Position numbers and translations under genes: made by a program
Shown here: positions 48,735 through 57,665 of the stretch, one piece after another
How the letters are laid out: the number at the start of each line of letters is the position of its first letter
Position numbering within the stretch: the stretch's first letter is position 1
Assembly: GCA_022562495.1 (NCBI GenBank)
Contig: JADFPE010000003.1
Location: 1-62,034 of the forward strand
Length of the DNA: 62,034 nucleotides
Source: Acidobacteriota bacterium
GTDB lineage: Bacteria; Acidobacteriota; Vicinamibacteria; Vicinamibacterales; UBA8438
Direction of reading: 5' to 3'
The notes under the pieces: model-generated
Databases searched by the model: none
Seen by the model: the letters and a program-made list of their open reading frames with translations, nothing else
Told to the model about the DNA's origin: nothing

Positions 48735-48889
48735 GACTCGCTGACCTCGCTAGGTGTGGCTCGCAGCCCGCGGCGAACGTCGCGCCGCATCCCGGCTGAC
48801 TCCGTTGCGTCCCGGTCGCATCCTGCGGATATTCTCCCTCGTCACGCCGTGTCCGCCGAGCTCGGCGTCGACCATGCACGGTGGATCGG
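48735..48889 (+). repeat. family-A repeat (copy O), preceded by a terminus fragment ending in CTAG
   Basis: GACTCGCTGACCTCGCTAG | ...CGCAGCCCGCGGCGAAC...GCATCCCGGCTGACTCCGTTGCGTCCCGGTCGCATCCTGCGGATATTCTCCCTCGTCACGCC... Occupies the whole nuoC-nuoD spacer. Confidence 0.65.
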
Positions 48890-49588
48890 CTATTCGATCT
48901 CCGTCTCGTCCGTCATGTTCCGCAACCGCAGCCACTCCATCGGGCTCTCCAACAGGTACTCGCCCGGCCCTTCGAGCGGGTAGTCCTTCCGTTGCGGATG
49001 CCCCTGCCAGTTCTCGGGCATCAGGATCCGGCGCAGATCGGGGTGCCCGGTGATCGTCACCCCGAACATGTCCCACAGCTCGCGCTCGAGCCAGTTGGCG
49101 GCCGGCCACAACCCGGTCACCGACGGCACCGGTTCGTCCTCGCCCGCCCGCACCTTGATGCGGACCCGGTGGCGGCGGCGGATGGAGTACAGACAGTAGA
49201 TGACGTCGAAGCGCTTCTCCCGCGGCGGCCAGTCGCTGGCCGTGACGTCCACGCAGTAGTCGAACGACCCTTCGTCCGACTCCTTCAGGAAACGGGCGAC
49301 GTCGAGCAGCGACGTCGGCGACACGATCACGGTCCAGTCGCCGACCCAGTAGCTGAGCTGCTCCACCGCTTCGGGCAACGCCGTCTGCAGCGCGACCAGG
49401 AACGGCGGCCGCTCGAGGTCGTCGGGTGGAGGCGGATCGGTCGGCCCCTTGGGGGCCTCAGGCGGCGCCTTGGGCCTGGGCTTGGGTCTGGGCTTGGGTC
49501 TGGGCGCCCGCGCGGCCGAGGCAGCCGGCGTCTGGTCGGCGGATGACGGGTCAGCCGTGTTGTCGCCCGGTTTCGTTTCGTCTGCCAT
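48890..49588 (-). CDS. nuoC: NADH-quinone oxidoreductase subunit C with Pro-rich N-terminal extension
   Basis: Core ...[10 protein letters not shown]...[34 protein letters not shown]. About 65 aa of N-terminal extension include [12 protein letters not shown]. Confidence 0.93.
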   Translation of the reverse strand: MADETKPGDNTADPSSADQTPAASAARAPRPKPRPKPRPKAPPEAPKGPTDPPPPDDLERPPFLVALQTALPEAVEQLSYWVGDWTVIVSPTSLLDVARFLKESDEGSFDYCVDVTASDWPPREKRFDVIYCLYSIRRRHRVRIKVRAGEDEPVPSVTGLWPAANWLERELWDMFGVTITGHPDLRRILMPENWQGHPQRKDYPLEGPGEYLLESPMEWLRLRNMTDETEIE

Positions 49589-49624
49589 GGAACGGTGTGG
49601 TCACCCAGACACGTTGGCCGACTT

Positions 49625-49790
49625 CGAGCAGCCCGTGGTGAAAGTCCAGCTGCATTCGACCGGCGCTGCATCCCGCCTGTCTACGTTGCTCCTCGGTCAC
49701 ATACTGCCGGTATTTTCCATCGTCGCGCCTTGACAGACAGGCGCATCACCGGTCTCGGTGCAACGCTGGACTGTCACCTCGGACTGCTAG
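49625..49790 (+). repeat. family-A palindromic repeat (copy P, near-consensus)
   Basis: CGAGCAGCCCGTGGTGAAAGTCCAGCTGCATTCGACCGGCGCTGCATCCCGCCTGTCTACGTTGCTCCTCGGTCACATACTGCCGGTATTTTCCATCGTCGCGCCTTGACAGACAGGCGCATCACCGGTCTCGGTGCAACGCTGGACTGTCACCTCGGACTGCTAG. The terminal CTAG contains the nuoA stop. Confidence 0.85.
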
Positions 49791-50143
49791 ACCCAGTCCA
49801 GCGCGCCCTTGCGCCATGCGTATACGTAGCCAAGCACCAGGATGAAGAGAAAGACCAGCATCTCAATCAACCCGAACAGGGCCAGCTCGTCCATGATGAC
49901 GGCCCAGGGAAACATGAACACGGTCTCGACGTCGAAAATGACGAAGAGCATCGCAATCAGGTAATAGCGGACACTGTAGCGACCACGCGCGTCCGTGTCC
50001 GGCTCGATCCCGCACTCGTACGGCTCGAGCTTCACCTTGTTGTAGCGCGAGGACTGGACCAGCCCGGAGATGATCAGGGTGAAGATGGCGAAGCCGATCG
50101 CGACCAGCACGAACAGCATCACCGGGATGTATGCGTCAGGCAT
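49787..50143 (-). CDS. nuoA: NADH-quinone oxidoreductase subunit A
   Basis: 118 aa, with YECGIEP, FVIFDVE and YAWRKGALDW. Confidence 0.95.
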   Translation of the reverse strand: MPDAYIPVMLFVLVAIGFAIFTLIISGLVQSSRYNKVKLEPYECGIEPDTDARGRYSVRYYLIAMLFVIFDVETVFMFPWAVIMDELALFGLIEMLVFLFILVLGYVYAWRKGALDWV

Positions 50144-50280
50144 GGACGGTTATTCTACAGCGAGACGAACCGACAGCGAGTCCCCTCAACGTACACGCAC
50201 CTCGATTCACCCGGAAAGCTCAGATGCGGCAGGGTTGGTCGTGGCCGATGACTCGACCTGCGGGCCTAGAAACCGGGCGT

Positions 50281-50310
50281 TTTATAGCACGCGCCTTCTG
50301 GGGGTGTCAA
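50281..50310 (-). promoter_or_regulatory. candidate sigma-70 promoter of the nuo operon
   Basis: The minus strand reads TTGACA-18 nt-TATAAA, about 130 nt upstream of the nuoA ATG. Confidence 0.55.
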
Positions 50311-50429
50311 GGAACGCGAGGCCGATGCCGAGGCGCACCGGACAATCGACAACCTCAGTGTTTGCTGTGGGTTCACCCACGCGCCCCGGCACGCCGCCGT
50401 GGACCGTCCGGAACCCCGATGCCGGCGCC

Positions 50430-50658
50430 CTTGCAGCCGGTGGTGACAGTCCGGCGTCACACCGGTCCTCGAGGTCGACGCCGCGCACGACCCGTGCACG
50501 ACGTGAGGAGGGAGGAGACCGGCAGGATGTGACCCCGTTGCGCGACACGCCCAGCGCAGTCCCCTGCGGAGGCAGCGGCCTTCGGCAGGCTCGGGGCGTC
50601 GCAAGGGCATCGAGGGGCGCCACCTGAAGACAGCTGGACTGTCACCACGGGCTACGAG
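50430..50658 (-). repeat. family-A palindromic repeat, long variant (copy Q)
   Basis: Ends CTTGCAGCCGGTGGTGACAGTCC / GGACTGTCACCACGGGCTACGAG. The plus strand has the reverse core ...GACGTGAGGAGGGAGGAGACCGGCAGGATGTGACCCCGTTGCGCGACACGCC... Confidence 0.7.
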
Positions 50659-50827
50659 GACCGCGTGGAACGGGATTACCGCTATACTTTCCTGAGCAGG
50701 CTGCTGATGGAACTCACAGCGTGCCGGGTTCCGGGATCCGGGTTGGCATCGATGGCGCGCGAGACGACCGGGGCGCCCACCACCTCGAATCCCACACCCC
50801 GAAACCCGAATCCCAAGAACGCTAGAG

Positions 50828-51781
50828 GTGCACCCGCACATGCTCGCGGCTCAGCGACGTCGTGATCCCAGCGCGCTTCGCCTACTGGCGGCCATCGGTC
50901 TCGTGAGCCTCGCGGCGCTGGACCAGACTCAGGACGTGCTACAGGCACAGAGCCGCGAGCGAGCGATGTTCGTCAGCGTCCTCGACTCACATGGAGCGCC
51001 CGTCGAGGGGCTGGCGACCGCCGATTTCGTGATCGAGGAGGACGGGACCGAGCGCGAAGTGCTACGCGTGGGGCGTGCGACCGCGCCGATGCAGCTGGCA
51101 GTGCTCGTCGACACGAGCGGGTCGGCGACCTTCGCCATCCGTGACATCCGGAACGGACTCGAGGCGTTCGTCTCCGGGGTGCTCGAGGGCAACAGAATCG
51201 CCCTGGTCACCTTCGGCGGCCCCCCTCGTGTCCTGGTCGAGTCGACCGACCAGATCGACCGTCTGCGGGATGGCATAGGACGCATCTTCGCCTTCTCGGA
51301 CAGCGCCGCGTATCTGCTCGACGCCCTCATCGAGACCACCCGCGGGTTCGAGCGGCGCGCATCGCCGCGACCGGTCATCGTCATCGTGACGAGCGAAGGC
51401 CTCGACTACAGCACACACGACGCCAGGCAGGTGCTCGAGACGCTGCAGGCCAATCAGGTGGCGACTCACGCGATCGTGCTGAAGGACCAGGCGCTCAGCA
51501 TGGCGCTGCGGGCGTCGCGGTTCGAGGGCGGCAACCTCCTGGATGGCCTGTATCAGCGGGACCTGGTGCTCGAACGGGGCCCGAAGACCACCGGCGGTCA
51601 ACGACGCGACCTGCTGATGAGCACCACGACGAGGGATGCGCTCGACCGGCTGGCCGGCATCCTCACCAGTCAATACGAGGTGGTGTACTCGCGACCCGCC
51701 AGCCTGATCCCGCCCGAGGAGATCGCGGTGCGGATGCGACAGGACGACCTGACGGCGCAGGGGATCCCCGTCAAACGGTGA
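50828..51781 (+). CDS. VWFA-related Acidobacterial-domain protein
   Basis: Signal-like N-terminus, FVSVLDSHGAPV...DFVIEEDG, MIDAS-like VDTSGS. The start is GTG 50828 or ATG 50840. Confidence 0.8.
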   Translation: MHPHMLAAQRRRDPSALRLLAAIGLVSLAALDQTQDVLQAQSRERAMFVSVLDSHGAPVEGLATADFVIEEDGTEREVLRVGRATAPMQLAVLVDTSGSATFAIRDIRNGLEAFVSGVLEGNRIALVTFGGPPRVLVESTDQIDRLRDGIGRIFAFSDSAAYLLDALIETTRGFERRASPRPVIVIVTSEGLDYSTHDARQVLETLQANQVATHAIVLKDQALSMALRASRFEGGNLLDGLYQRDLVLERGPKTTGGQRRDLLMSTTTRDALDRLAGILTSQYEVVYSRPASLIPPEEIAVRMRQDDLTAQGIPVKR

Positions 51782-51816
51782 GGGCCCGGTCATGACCGGA
51801 CCCGTAGGAGGCTAGC

Positions 51817-52758
51817 ATGACGCGTTACCTGCCCGGACACACCACTGGAGCGGCGGCGGCCCTGGCGGTCACCCTCGCGGTGGCGACCCCCGTCGCGCAG
51901 CAGCCGGACCAGCCGGCGTTCCGGACCGGCGTCGACCTGGTGTCGCTCAACGTGACGGTGACCGACGGCGACAACCGCTATGTGACCGACATCGAACAGG
52001 CCAGCTTCCAGCTCTACGAGGACGGCGCGCTACAGGACATTACGTTCTTCACACGCACGCAGCTGCCGATCGCGCTGGCGTTGCTGATGGACACGAGCGC
52101 GAGCATGACCGACAAGATGTCCACGGCACAGGAGGCTGCGATCGGATTCGCCGAGCGGTTGCGAGACGAGGATCAGGCCAGCGTCATCGACTTCGACAGC
52201 CGGGTCAACATCTTGCAGGACTTCACCAACTCCCTCGACGATCTCACGGCCGCGATCCGGCAGACCTCGGCGGGCGGGTCGACGTCGCTCTACAACGCCA
52301 TCTACATTTCGCTCAAGGAGCTCGGGAAGGTCGGCGCGACCACGGTCGACGAGATCCGGCGTCAGGCGATCGTGATGCTCTCCGACGGCGAGGACACGTC
52401 GAGTCTCGTTGATTTCGACGAGGTACTCGAGCTGGCGAAGCGGTCCAACACGGTCATTTACTCGATCGGGCTACGGTCGCGGGACATCCGCACGCGACGC
52501 GGGTTCCGCGAGGCCGACTTCGTGTTGCGCCAGCTCGCCCAGGAAACCGGGGGTCGGGCCTTCTTTCCCGAGCGGGCAGACGATCTCCCGGAGATCTATG
52601 AGCGCATCTCGGATGAGCTCTCCAGTCAGTACACGCTGGGGTACATCTCGAAGAACCCGCTGCAGGACGGTCGGTGGCGTCGCATCGTCGTGCGTGTCGA
52701 CCGTCCCAACGTCGCCGCCCGGACAAAGCAGGGCTACTACGCGCCGTCCATCAGGTGA
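51817..52758 (+). CDS. VWFA-related Acidobacterial-domain protein (TIGR03436-like architecture)
   Basis: FRTGVDLVSLNVTVTD...FQLYEDG...LLMDTSASM (MIDAS DxSxS)...GGSTSLYNAI...MLSDGEDTSS...TGGRAFF...YTLGYISKNP..DGRWRRIVVRV. Confidence 0.88.
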   Translation: MTRYLPGHTTGAAAALAVTLAVATPVAQQPDQPAFRTGVDLVSLNVTVTDGDNRYVTDIEQASFQLYEDGALQDITFFTRTQLPIALALLMDTSASMTDKMSTAQEAAIGFAERLRDEDQASVIDFDSRVNILQDFTNSLDDLTAAIRQTSAGGSTSLYNAIYISLKELGKVGATTVDEIRRQAIVMLSDGEDTSSLVDFDEVLELAKRSNTVIYSIGLRSRDIRTRRGFREADFVLRQLAQETGGRAFFPERADDLPEIYERISDELSSQYTLGYISKNPLQDGRWRRIVVRVDRPNVAARTKQGYYAPSIR

Positions 52759-52800
52759 GGGGCGACGGCGCCACCGCCGCTCGACCCATTAGGTAGACCG

Positions 52801-53622
52801 ATGACCATGCTCCCGCTGCTGCTCTACACCATCGCCGGTGTCGCGTACGCATTCTCCTTCGCGCGACGGAGTCAACGCACCGGGCGCCTCGCCACGGCGT
52901 CGCTGGCCGGCGCCGCGCTCATCCACACCTTCGTCATCGGGATGCGCACCGTGGAGGTGGGTCAGCTGCCGTTCGTGGGGACGGCCGCGGCGATCTCGGC
53001 GTTCGTCTGGCTGCTCGCCGTCGCGTATCTCTACACCGAGGTCACGACCGACGAGCGCGCCATGGGTGTCTTCATCGTCCCACTGTTGGTGGTGCTCGAG
53101 GGCGTGTCGGCGTTGAGCGATCGGGTCATCGAGCCAGCCCCGGTGCTCGACAGCCCCTGGTTCGCTGTGCACGTGTCGTCGCTCCTGTTCGCCTACGCGG
53201 CGTTCGCGCTGGCCTGCGTCATCGGGATCACCTACGTGCTGCTGTTCCGGGAGCTCAAGTCCAAGCGACTGGGGTTCTTCGCCGCGCGGCTCCCGTCGCT
53301 GCAGGTGCTCGACGCGATGAACGGACGTGCGGTGAGCGTGGGCTGGCTGTTTCTGACCGCGGGACTGGCTGTCGGGGCAGTCTGGCTGTTTCAGCTGCAA
53401 CCGGAGACCATGGACCCGCGGGTCCGCGCCATGTCGTTGTTCGACCCGAAGATCTCGGTGGTCGTGCTGAGCTGGTTGGTGTACTCGTTCGAGATCTACG
53501 CCCGCCGCGCCATCGGCTGGAGCGGCAAGCGGGCGGCCTGGCTCTCGGCGGTCGGGTTCTCGATCATCCTGCTGAACCTCGTCCCGGTCGGGTATTTCCT
53601 GACGGACAGCCACAACTTCTGA
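52801..53622 (+). CDS. cytochrome c assembly (CcsA) family membrane protein, HemX-like
   Basis: 273 aa, 8 predicted TM helices, directly upstream of hemA as in the B. subtilis hemAXCDBL logic. It lacks an obvious Trp-rich WGxxWxWD heme-handling motif (only ...LFDPKI...). Confidence 0.75.
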   Translation: MTMLPLLLYTIAGVAYAFSFARRSQRTGRLATASLAGAALIHTFVIGMRTVEVGQLPFVGTAAAISAFVWLLAVAYLYTEVTTDERAMGVFIVPLLVVLEGVSALSDRVIEPAPVLDSPWFAVHVSSLLFAYAAFALACVIGITYVLLFRELKSKRLGFFAARLPSLQVLDAMNGRAVSVGWLFLTAGLAVGAVWLFQLQPETMDPRVRAMSLFDPKISVVVLSWLVYSFEIYARRAIGWSGKRAAWLSAVGFSIILLNLVPVGYFLTDSHNF

Positions 53623-53693
53623 GGAGGCCCGAGAAGTCAAGAGTCAGAAGCACGTCGGACGGCGTCGCCGGCTTCCACTTGACACCACGCACA

Positions 53694-55046
53694 ATGGACC
53701 TGCTGTTACTGGGCATGAGCCACCACACGGCGCCGGTCGACCTGCGAGAGCGGGTCGATTTCTCGAGGCGTGGCGTGAGCGAGGCGTTGCGGGAGCTGGC
53801 CGCGTGCCCGTCTCCGACCGAGGCCGTGGTGCTGACGACCTGCAACCGCGCCGAGATTTACGTCGCCTGCGAGGACAGCGAGACCACCCGACACGGCCTG
53901 GAGCGGTTCATGAGCCGGTTCCACGATGTGCCCGAGCACGACCTCGCGCCGCATCTCTACGTCCACACCGGCGCCGACGTCGCGCGGCACCTGTTTCGCG
54001 TGGCGGCGGGTCTCGACTCGCTGGTCGTGGGCGAACCGCAGATCTTCGGACAGATCAAGGACGCGTATGCCGTCGCGTCGCGCGAGCGGCGGACCGGCGC
54101 CCTGTTGAACAAGCTGTTCCCCTGGTCGTTCGCCGTCGGCAAGCGGGTGCGAGCCGACACCGGTCTGGGCGAAGGGGCGGTGTCGGTCAGCTACACGGCG
54201 ATTTCGCTCGCACGAAAGATCTTCGGCAGCCTGAAGGCGCTGAGGGTGCTCGTGGTCGGCGCCGGCGAGATGGCCGAGCTGACCGCCACGCATCTACGGT
54301 CACAACAGGTGGGACGGATCGGCGTGACCAGTCGAACCCGGGCCCGGGCCGACGCGCTGGCGCGCAAGGTTGACGGGACCGCGGTCGACTGGACGGCGGT
54401 CGACGACGAGCTGCTCGAGGCCGACATCGTCGTGACCGCCACCGGCGCCTCGACGCCGATCATCAGTACGACCACCATCGACCGTATCATGCGCGCCCGG
54501 CGCAACCGACCGTTGTTCATCATCGACATCGGTCTGCCACGCGACGTGGAACCGGACGCCGGCGACCTGGAGCAGGTGTTCCTCTACAACATCGATGACC
54601 TGCGCTCGATCGTCAGCGAAAACCTCGCGCGGCGGCAGGAGCAGACCGCCCGGGCCGAAGCGATGGTCTCCAACGAGGTCGAGGCGTTCGTGGTGTGGCT
54701 ACGGTCACGCGGCACGATTCCGACCGTGGTGGCCCTGCGACGCCGGTTCGAGTCGATTCGGCAGGCCGAACTGAAGCGCTTCGAATCGAAGCTGAGCGGG
54801 CTGTCGCCGGAGGCGCGCGCACGGGTCGACGAGGTCACCCAGCTCCTGGTCCAGAAGCTGCTGCTCACGCCGACGGAGCGGCTGAAGACGGCCGCCGACG
54901 AGGCCACGGCCGCCCAATACGCGGAGATCATCACCCAGCTCTTCGGTCTGGCTGCTGACGCGCCGACCGACGCGCCCGCCGCCGCACCGGCCACCCGCGC
55001 ACCCTCGCCATCACCCTCGACATCGAAGACCCCGGTAGCGTCGTGA
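53694..55046 (+). CDS. hemA: glutamyl-tRNA reductase
   Basis: MDLLLLGMSHHTAPVDLRE, TCNRAEIY and VVGAGEMAE motifs (the ORF track opens at TTG 53679). Confidence 0.93.
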   Translation: MDLLLLGMSHHTAPVDLRERVDFSRRGVSEALRELAACPSPTEAVVLTTCNRAEIYVACEDSETTRHGLERFMSRFHDVPEHDLAPHLYVHTGADVARHLFRVAAGLDSLVVGEPQIFGQIKDAYAVASRERRTGALLNKLFPWSFAVGKRVRADTGLGEGAVSVSYTAISLARKIFGSLKALRVLVVGAGEMAELTATHLRSQQVGRIGVTSRTRARADALARKVDGTAVDWTAVDDELLEADIVVTATGASTPIISTTTIDRIMRARRNRPLFIIDIGLPRDVEPDAGDLEQVFLYNIDDLRSIVSENLARRQEQTARAEAMVSNEVEAFVVWLRSRGTIPTVVALRRRFESIRQAELKRFESKLSGLSPEARARVDEVTQLLVQKLLLTPTERLKTAADEATAAQYAEIITQLFGLAADAPTDAPAAAPATRAPSPSPSTSKTPVAS

Positions 55047-56038
55047 CCCCGTTCAGGCTCGGCACCCGCGGCAGCGACCTCGCGCGCTGGCAAGCCAACA
55101 CGGTCGCCGCTGCGGTCCGCCACGCGAGCGGGCGTGACTGTGAGCTGGTGGTCATCACGACGACCGGCGACCGCCTGACCGAGGTATCAGTGTCCACGGT
55201 CGGCGGCAAGCGGATGTTCGTCAAGGAGATCGAGCAGGCGCTCACACGCGGAGACATCGACCTCGCGGTGCACAGCGCCAAGGACATGCCCGCCGACCTG
55301 CCGGACGGGCTGACGATCGCAGCGGTCCTGCCCCGTGCGGATCCGCGGGACGCGGTCGTGTTGTCCGTGGGCGCCACGCCGGCACCGGACCTGTCGATGC
55401 TCGAGCTGGTGGCGGCACAGGGCAGGGCGCCACGCATCGGCAGCGGCAGCGTCAGACGGGTCGCCCAGCTGAGACGGCTGTTACCGACCGCTCAGTTTCA
55501 CCTCGTGCGCGGCAACGTCGGGACCCGTCTCCGCAAGCTGGACGACGGCGGATACGATCTGCTGATCCTCGCCGCCGCCGGTCTCAAGCGGCTCGGGTTC
55601 GCCGACCGCATTTCGGCAACCATCGACGTGGCTGCCTGCGTGCCGGCACCCGGTCAGGGCATCATCGCGATCGAAACACGCGCGGATGACCAGGAGACGC
55701 TCGTGGCGCTGGCGCCCGTCAACGACCCCGCGGCGAGCGCCGCGCTCACGGCGGAACGCGCGGTGGTGAGAGCGCTCGGGGGCAGCTGTCAGGTGCCGAT
55801 CGGAGCCTTCGCCGACACCCGGGACAACCGGTTGCATCTGCGAGCGGTGGTGGCGTCGCTCGACGGGTCGCAGATACTGCGACGCGAGGCCAGTCACCCG
55901 CTGGCGTCGGCCCACGCACTCGGGGCCGCGGTCGCGGAGGGTCTGCTCGAGGATGGGGCGGGACCGATGCTGCAAGCCGCGCAGGACAGCGCGGCGCAGG
56001 ATACAGGAGACGGGAGACAGGAGACCGGAGCCACCTGA
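55043..56038 (+). CDS. hemC: hydroxymethylbilane synthase (porphobilinogen deaminase)
   Basis: LGTRGSDLARWQA, HSAKDMP and RGNVGTRLRKL motifs. GTGA overlap with the hemA stop. The C-terminal tail QDTGDGRQETGAT comes from a heptad array. Confidence 0.93.
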   Translation: MTPFRLGTRGSDLARWQANTVAAAVRHASGRDCELVVITTTGDRLTEVSVSTVGGKRMFVKEIEQALTRGDIDLAVHSAKDMPADLPDGLTIAAVLPRADPRDAVVLSVGATPAPDLSMLELVAAQGRAPRIGSGSVRRVAQLRRLLPTAQFHLVRGNVGTRLRKLDDGGYDLLILAAAGLKRLGFADRISATIDVAACVPAPGQGIIAIETRADDQETLVALAPVNDPAASAALTAERAVVRALGGSCQVPIGAFADTRDNRLHLRAVVASLDGSQILRREASHPLASAHALGAAVAEGLLEDGAGPMLQAAQDSAAQDTGDGRQETGAT

Positions 56039-56114
56039 TGGCTTCGCCGTCATCCTGTCGTGTCACCGGCTCGCCGGTCGTCGGCCAGCCCGGCTCCAAG
56101 GCAACGCGCGTCAG

Positions 56115-57665
56115 ATGACCGAGGCCCGGATCTACCTCATCGGCGCCGGACCGGGCGACCCATCACTGCTGACGCTCAAGGGACACCGGTATCTGACAAC
56201 GGCGGACGTCGTGGTGTACGACCATCTCGTACATCGGCGGATGCTGAGCCTCGTCCGGCCGGACGCCGAGCAGATCGACGTCGGCCCGGCCGCGCCGCGC
56301 CCGCTCGATCAGGAGGCGATCTGCCTGCTGCTCGCCGAGAAGGCGCGGGAAGGGAAGACGGTCGCCCGGCTCAAGTGGGGCGACCCGTTCGTGTTCGACA
56401 GCGGTGGGAAGGAGGCGCTGTTTCTCCACGAGCAAGGGCTGTCGTTCGAGGTGGTGCCCGGCATCCCCGCCACGATCGGGATTCCGAGCTACGCCGGGAT
56501 CCCGGTCACCTATCCGGAGGCGGGCGACACGCTGACGCTGGTCCGGGGACACGAGGGAGAGTCCAGCGTGCCGCCCAAGGTGGACTGGAGCGGTCTGGCC
56601 CGAGTGAAGGGCACCATCGTCACCTACGCCGACGGGCCCCAGCTGGCCGCGATGGCGAAGGCGCTGCGACGTCACGGACGGCCGGCCCACGAGCCGGCGG
56701 CGCTCATCTACCGCGGCACACTCCCGAGCCAGCGCACGATTCGGGGAACGTTGGAAGAGATCGAGCAGCTCGTGAGCCGGGCCGATCGGCGCGAAACCGC
56801 GGTGCTGGTCGTCGGTCGGGTCGTGGCGCTGCGGGACCACCTGCGGTGGTATGACACGCGTCCGCTGTTCGGTCGTCGGATCGTGGTCACCCGGCCGCGG
56901 GCGCAGGCCGCCGAGCTGGTGACGCGGCTCGAGCAGCTGGGGGCGGACCCGATTGAGGTGCCGACCATTCAGGTCGTGGCACCGGAAGACCCGACGCCGC
57001 TCGCCCGCGCCTGCGCCCAGATCGGCGAGTTCGACTGGGTGGTGTTCACCAGCGCCAACGCGGTCTCGCACCTCATGCGCCGTCTACTTGCGGGTCCAGG
57101 GGATGTCCGCGATTTGAAGGGCGTGAGGCTGTGCGCCGTCGGTCCGGCAACGGCAGAAGCACTGTCGCAGTACAGCATCAGGATCGATCTGGTGCCAAAG
57201 GAGTATCGCGCCGAGGGGGTGGTCCGCGCGTTGCGTCAGAACCGGGATCTGACCGGCACGCGCATTCTGCTGCCGCGCGCCGACCTCGCGCAGGACCTGC
57301 TCCCGACGGAGCTGCGGCAGGCGGGCGCCGACGTGACCGCGGTCACCGCGTACCGGACGACTCCGGTCGACCTGGAAGCCACCGGCGGTCCGGACATCTA
57401 TGGTCTGCTGCTCGAACGACAGATCGACATCGTCACCTTTACGAGCGGGTCCAGCGTCACGAACTTCGTGAGGGCGCTTGGCACAGACCAGGCAGCCGAC
57501 CTGCTCAAACGGGTCGATGTCGCGTGCATCGGCCCGGTGACGGCTGACGTGGCCACCCAACTGGACATTTCGACCACAATCATGCCGTCCGACTACACCG
57601 TACCCGCGATGGTGCGGGCCATCGTGGACCACGTGACCGCGCGCAAGCGCCACGAAGAGCACTAG
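56115..57665 (+). CDS. cobA/hemD: uroporphyrinogen-III C-methyltransferase / uroporphyrinogen-III synthase fusion
   Basis: Starts MTEARIYLIGAGPGDPSLLTLKG (codon 55 of the ORF). The C-terminal half is HemD-like (RIVVTRPRAQAAELVTRLEQLGA...). Confidence 0.9.
   Translation: MTEARIYLIGAGPGDPSLLTLKGHRYLTTADVVVYDHLVHRRMLSLVRPDAEQIDVGPAAPRPLDQEAICLLLAEKAREGKTVARLKWGDPFVFDSGGKEALFLHEQGLSFEVVPGIPATIGIPSYAGIPVTYPEAGDTLTLVRGHEGESSVPPKVDWSGLARVKGTIVTYADGPQLAAMAKALRRHGRPAHEPAALIYRGTLPSQRTIRGTLEEIEQLVSRADRRETAVLVVGRVVALRDHLRWYDTRPLFGRRIVVTRPRAQAAELVTRLEQLGADPIEVPTIQVVAPEDPTPLARACAQIGEFDWVVFTSANAVSHLMRRLLAGPGDVRDLKGVRLCAVGPATAEALSQYSIRIDLVPKEYRAEGVVRALRQNRDLTGTRILLPRADLAQDLLPTELRQAGADVTAVTAYRTTPVDLEATGGPDIYGLLLERQIDIVTFTSGSSVTNFVRALGTDQAADLLKRVDVACIGPVTADVATQLDISTTIMPSDYTVPAMVRAIVDHVTARKRHEEH

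Noticed and set aside
49633-49650. GGTGAAAGTCC in the repeat arm resembles part of the cobalamin-riboswitch conserved region.
   Set aside because: The rest of the B12-box and riboswitch architecture is absent. The motif recurs in both orientations at many unrelated loci and inside operons, which does not fit a riboswitch.
49327-49671. A recurrent peptide, MQRRSNAAGLSPRAAR..., predicted inside family-A repeats (also 28327..28686 and 60650..61216; a 15-codon version MHRQPNATVIMTGAT* is at the window end).
   Set aside because: The similarity only reflects the conserved nucleotide core (GGCGGGATGCAGCGCC...). The ORFs run out of the element into unrelated flanks with different lengths and stops, so they are not a conserved coding unit.
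49589-49786. Possible hidden nuoB (or its remnant) between nuoA and nuoC.
   Set aside because: The spacer is 198 nt and almost entirely the family-A repeat. No frame encodes NuoB-like sequence (no CCxxE or GxCP motifs).
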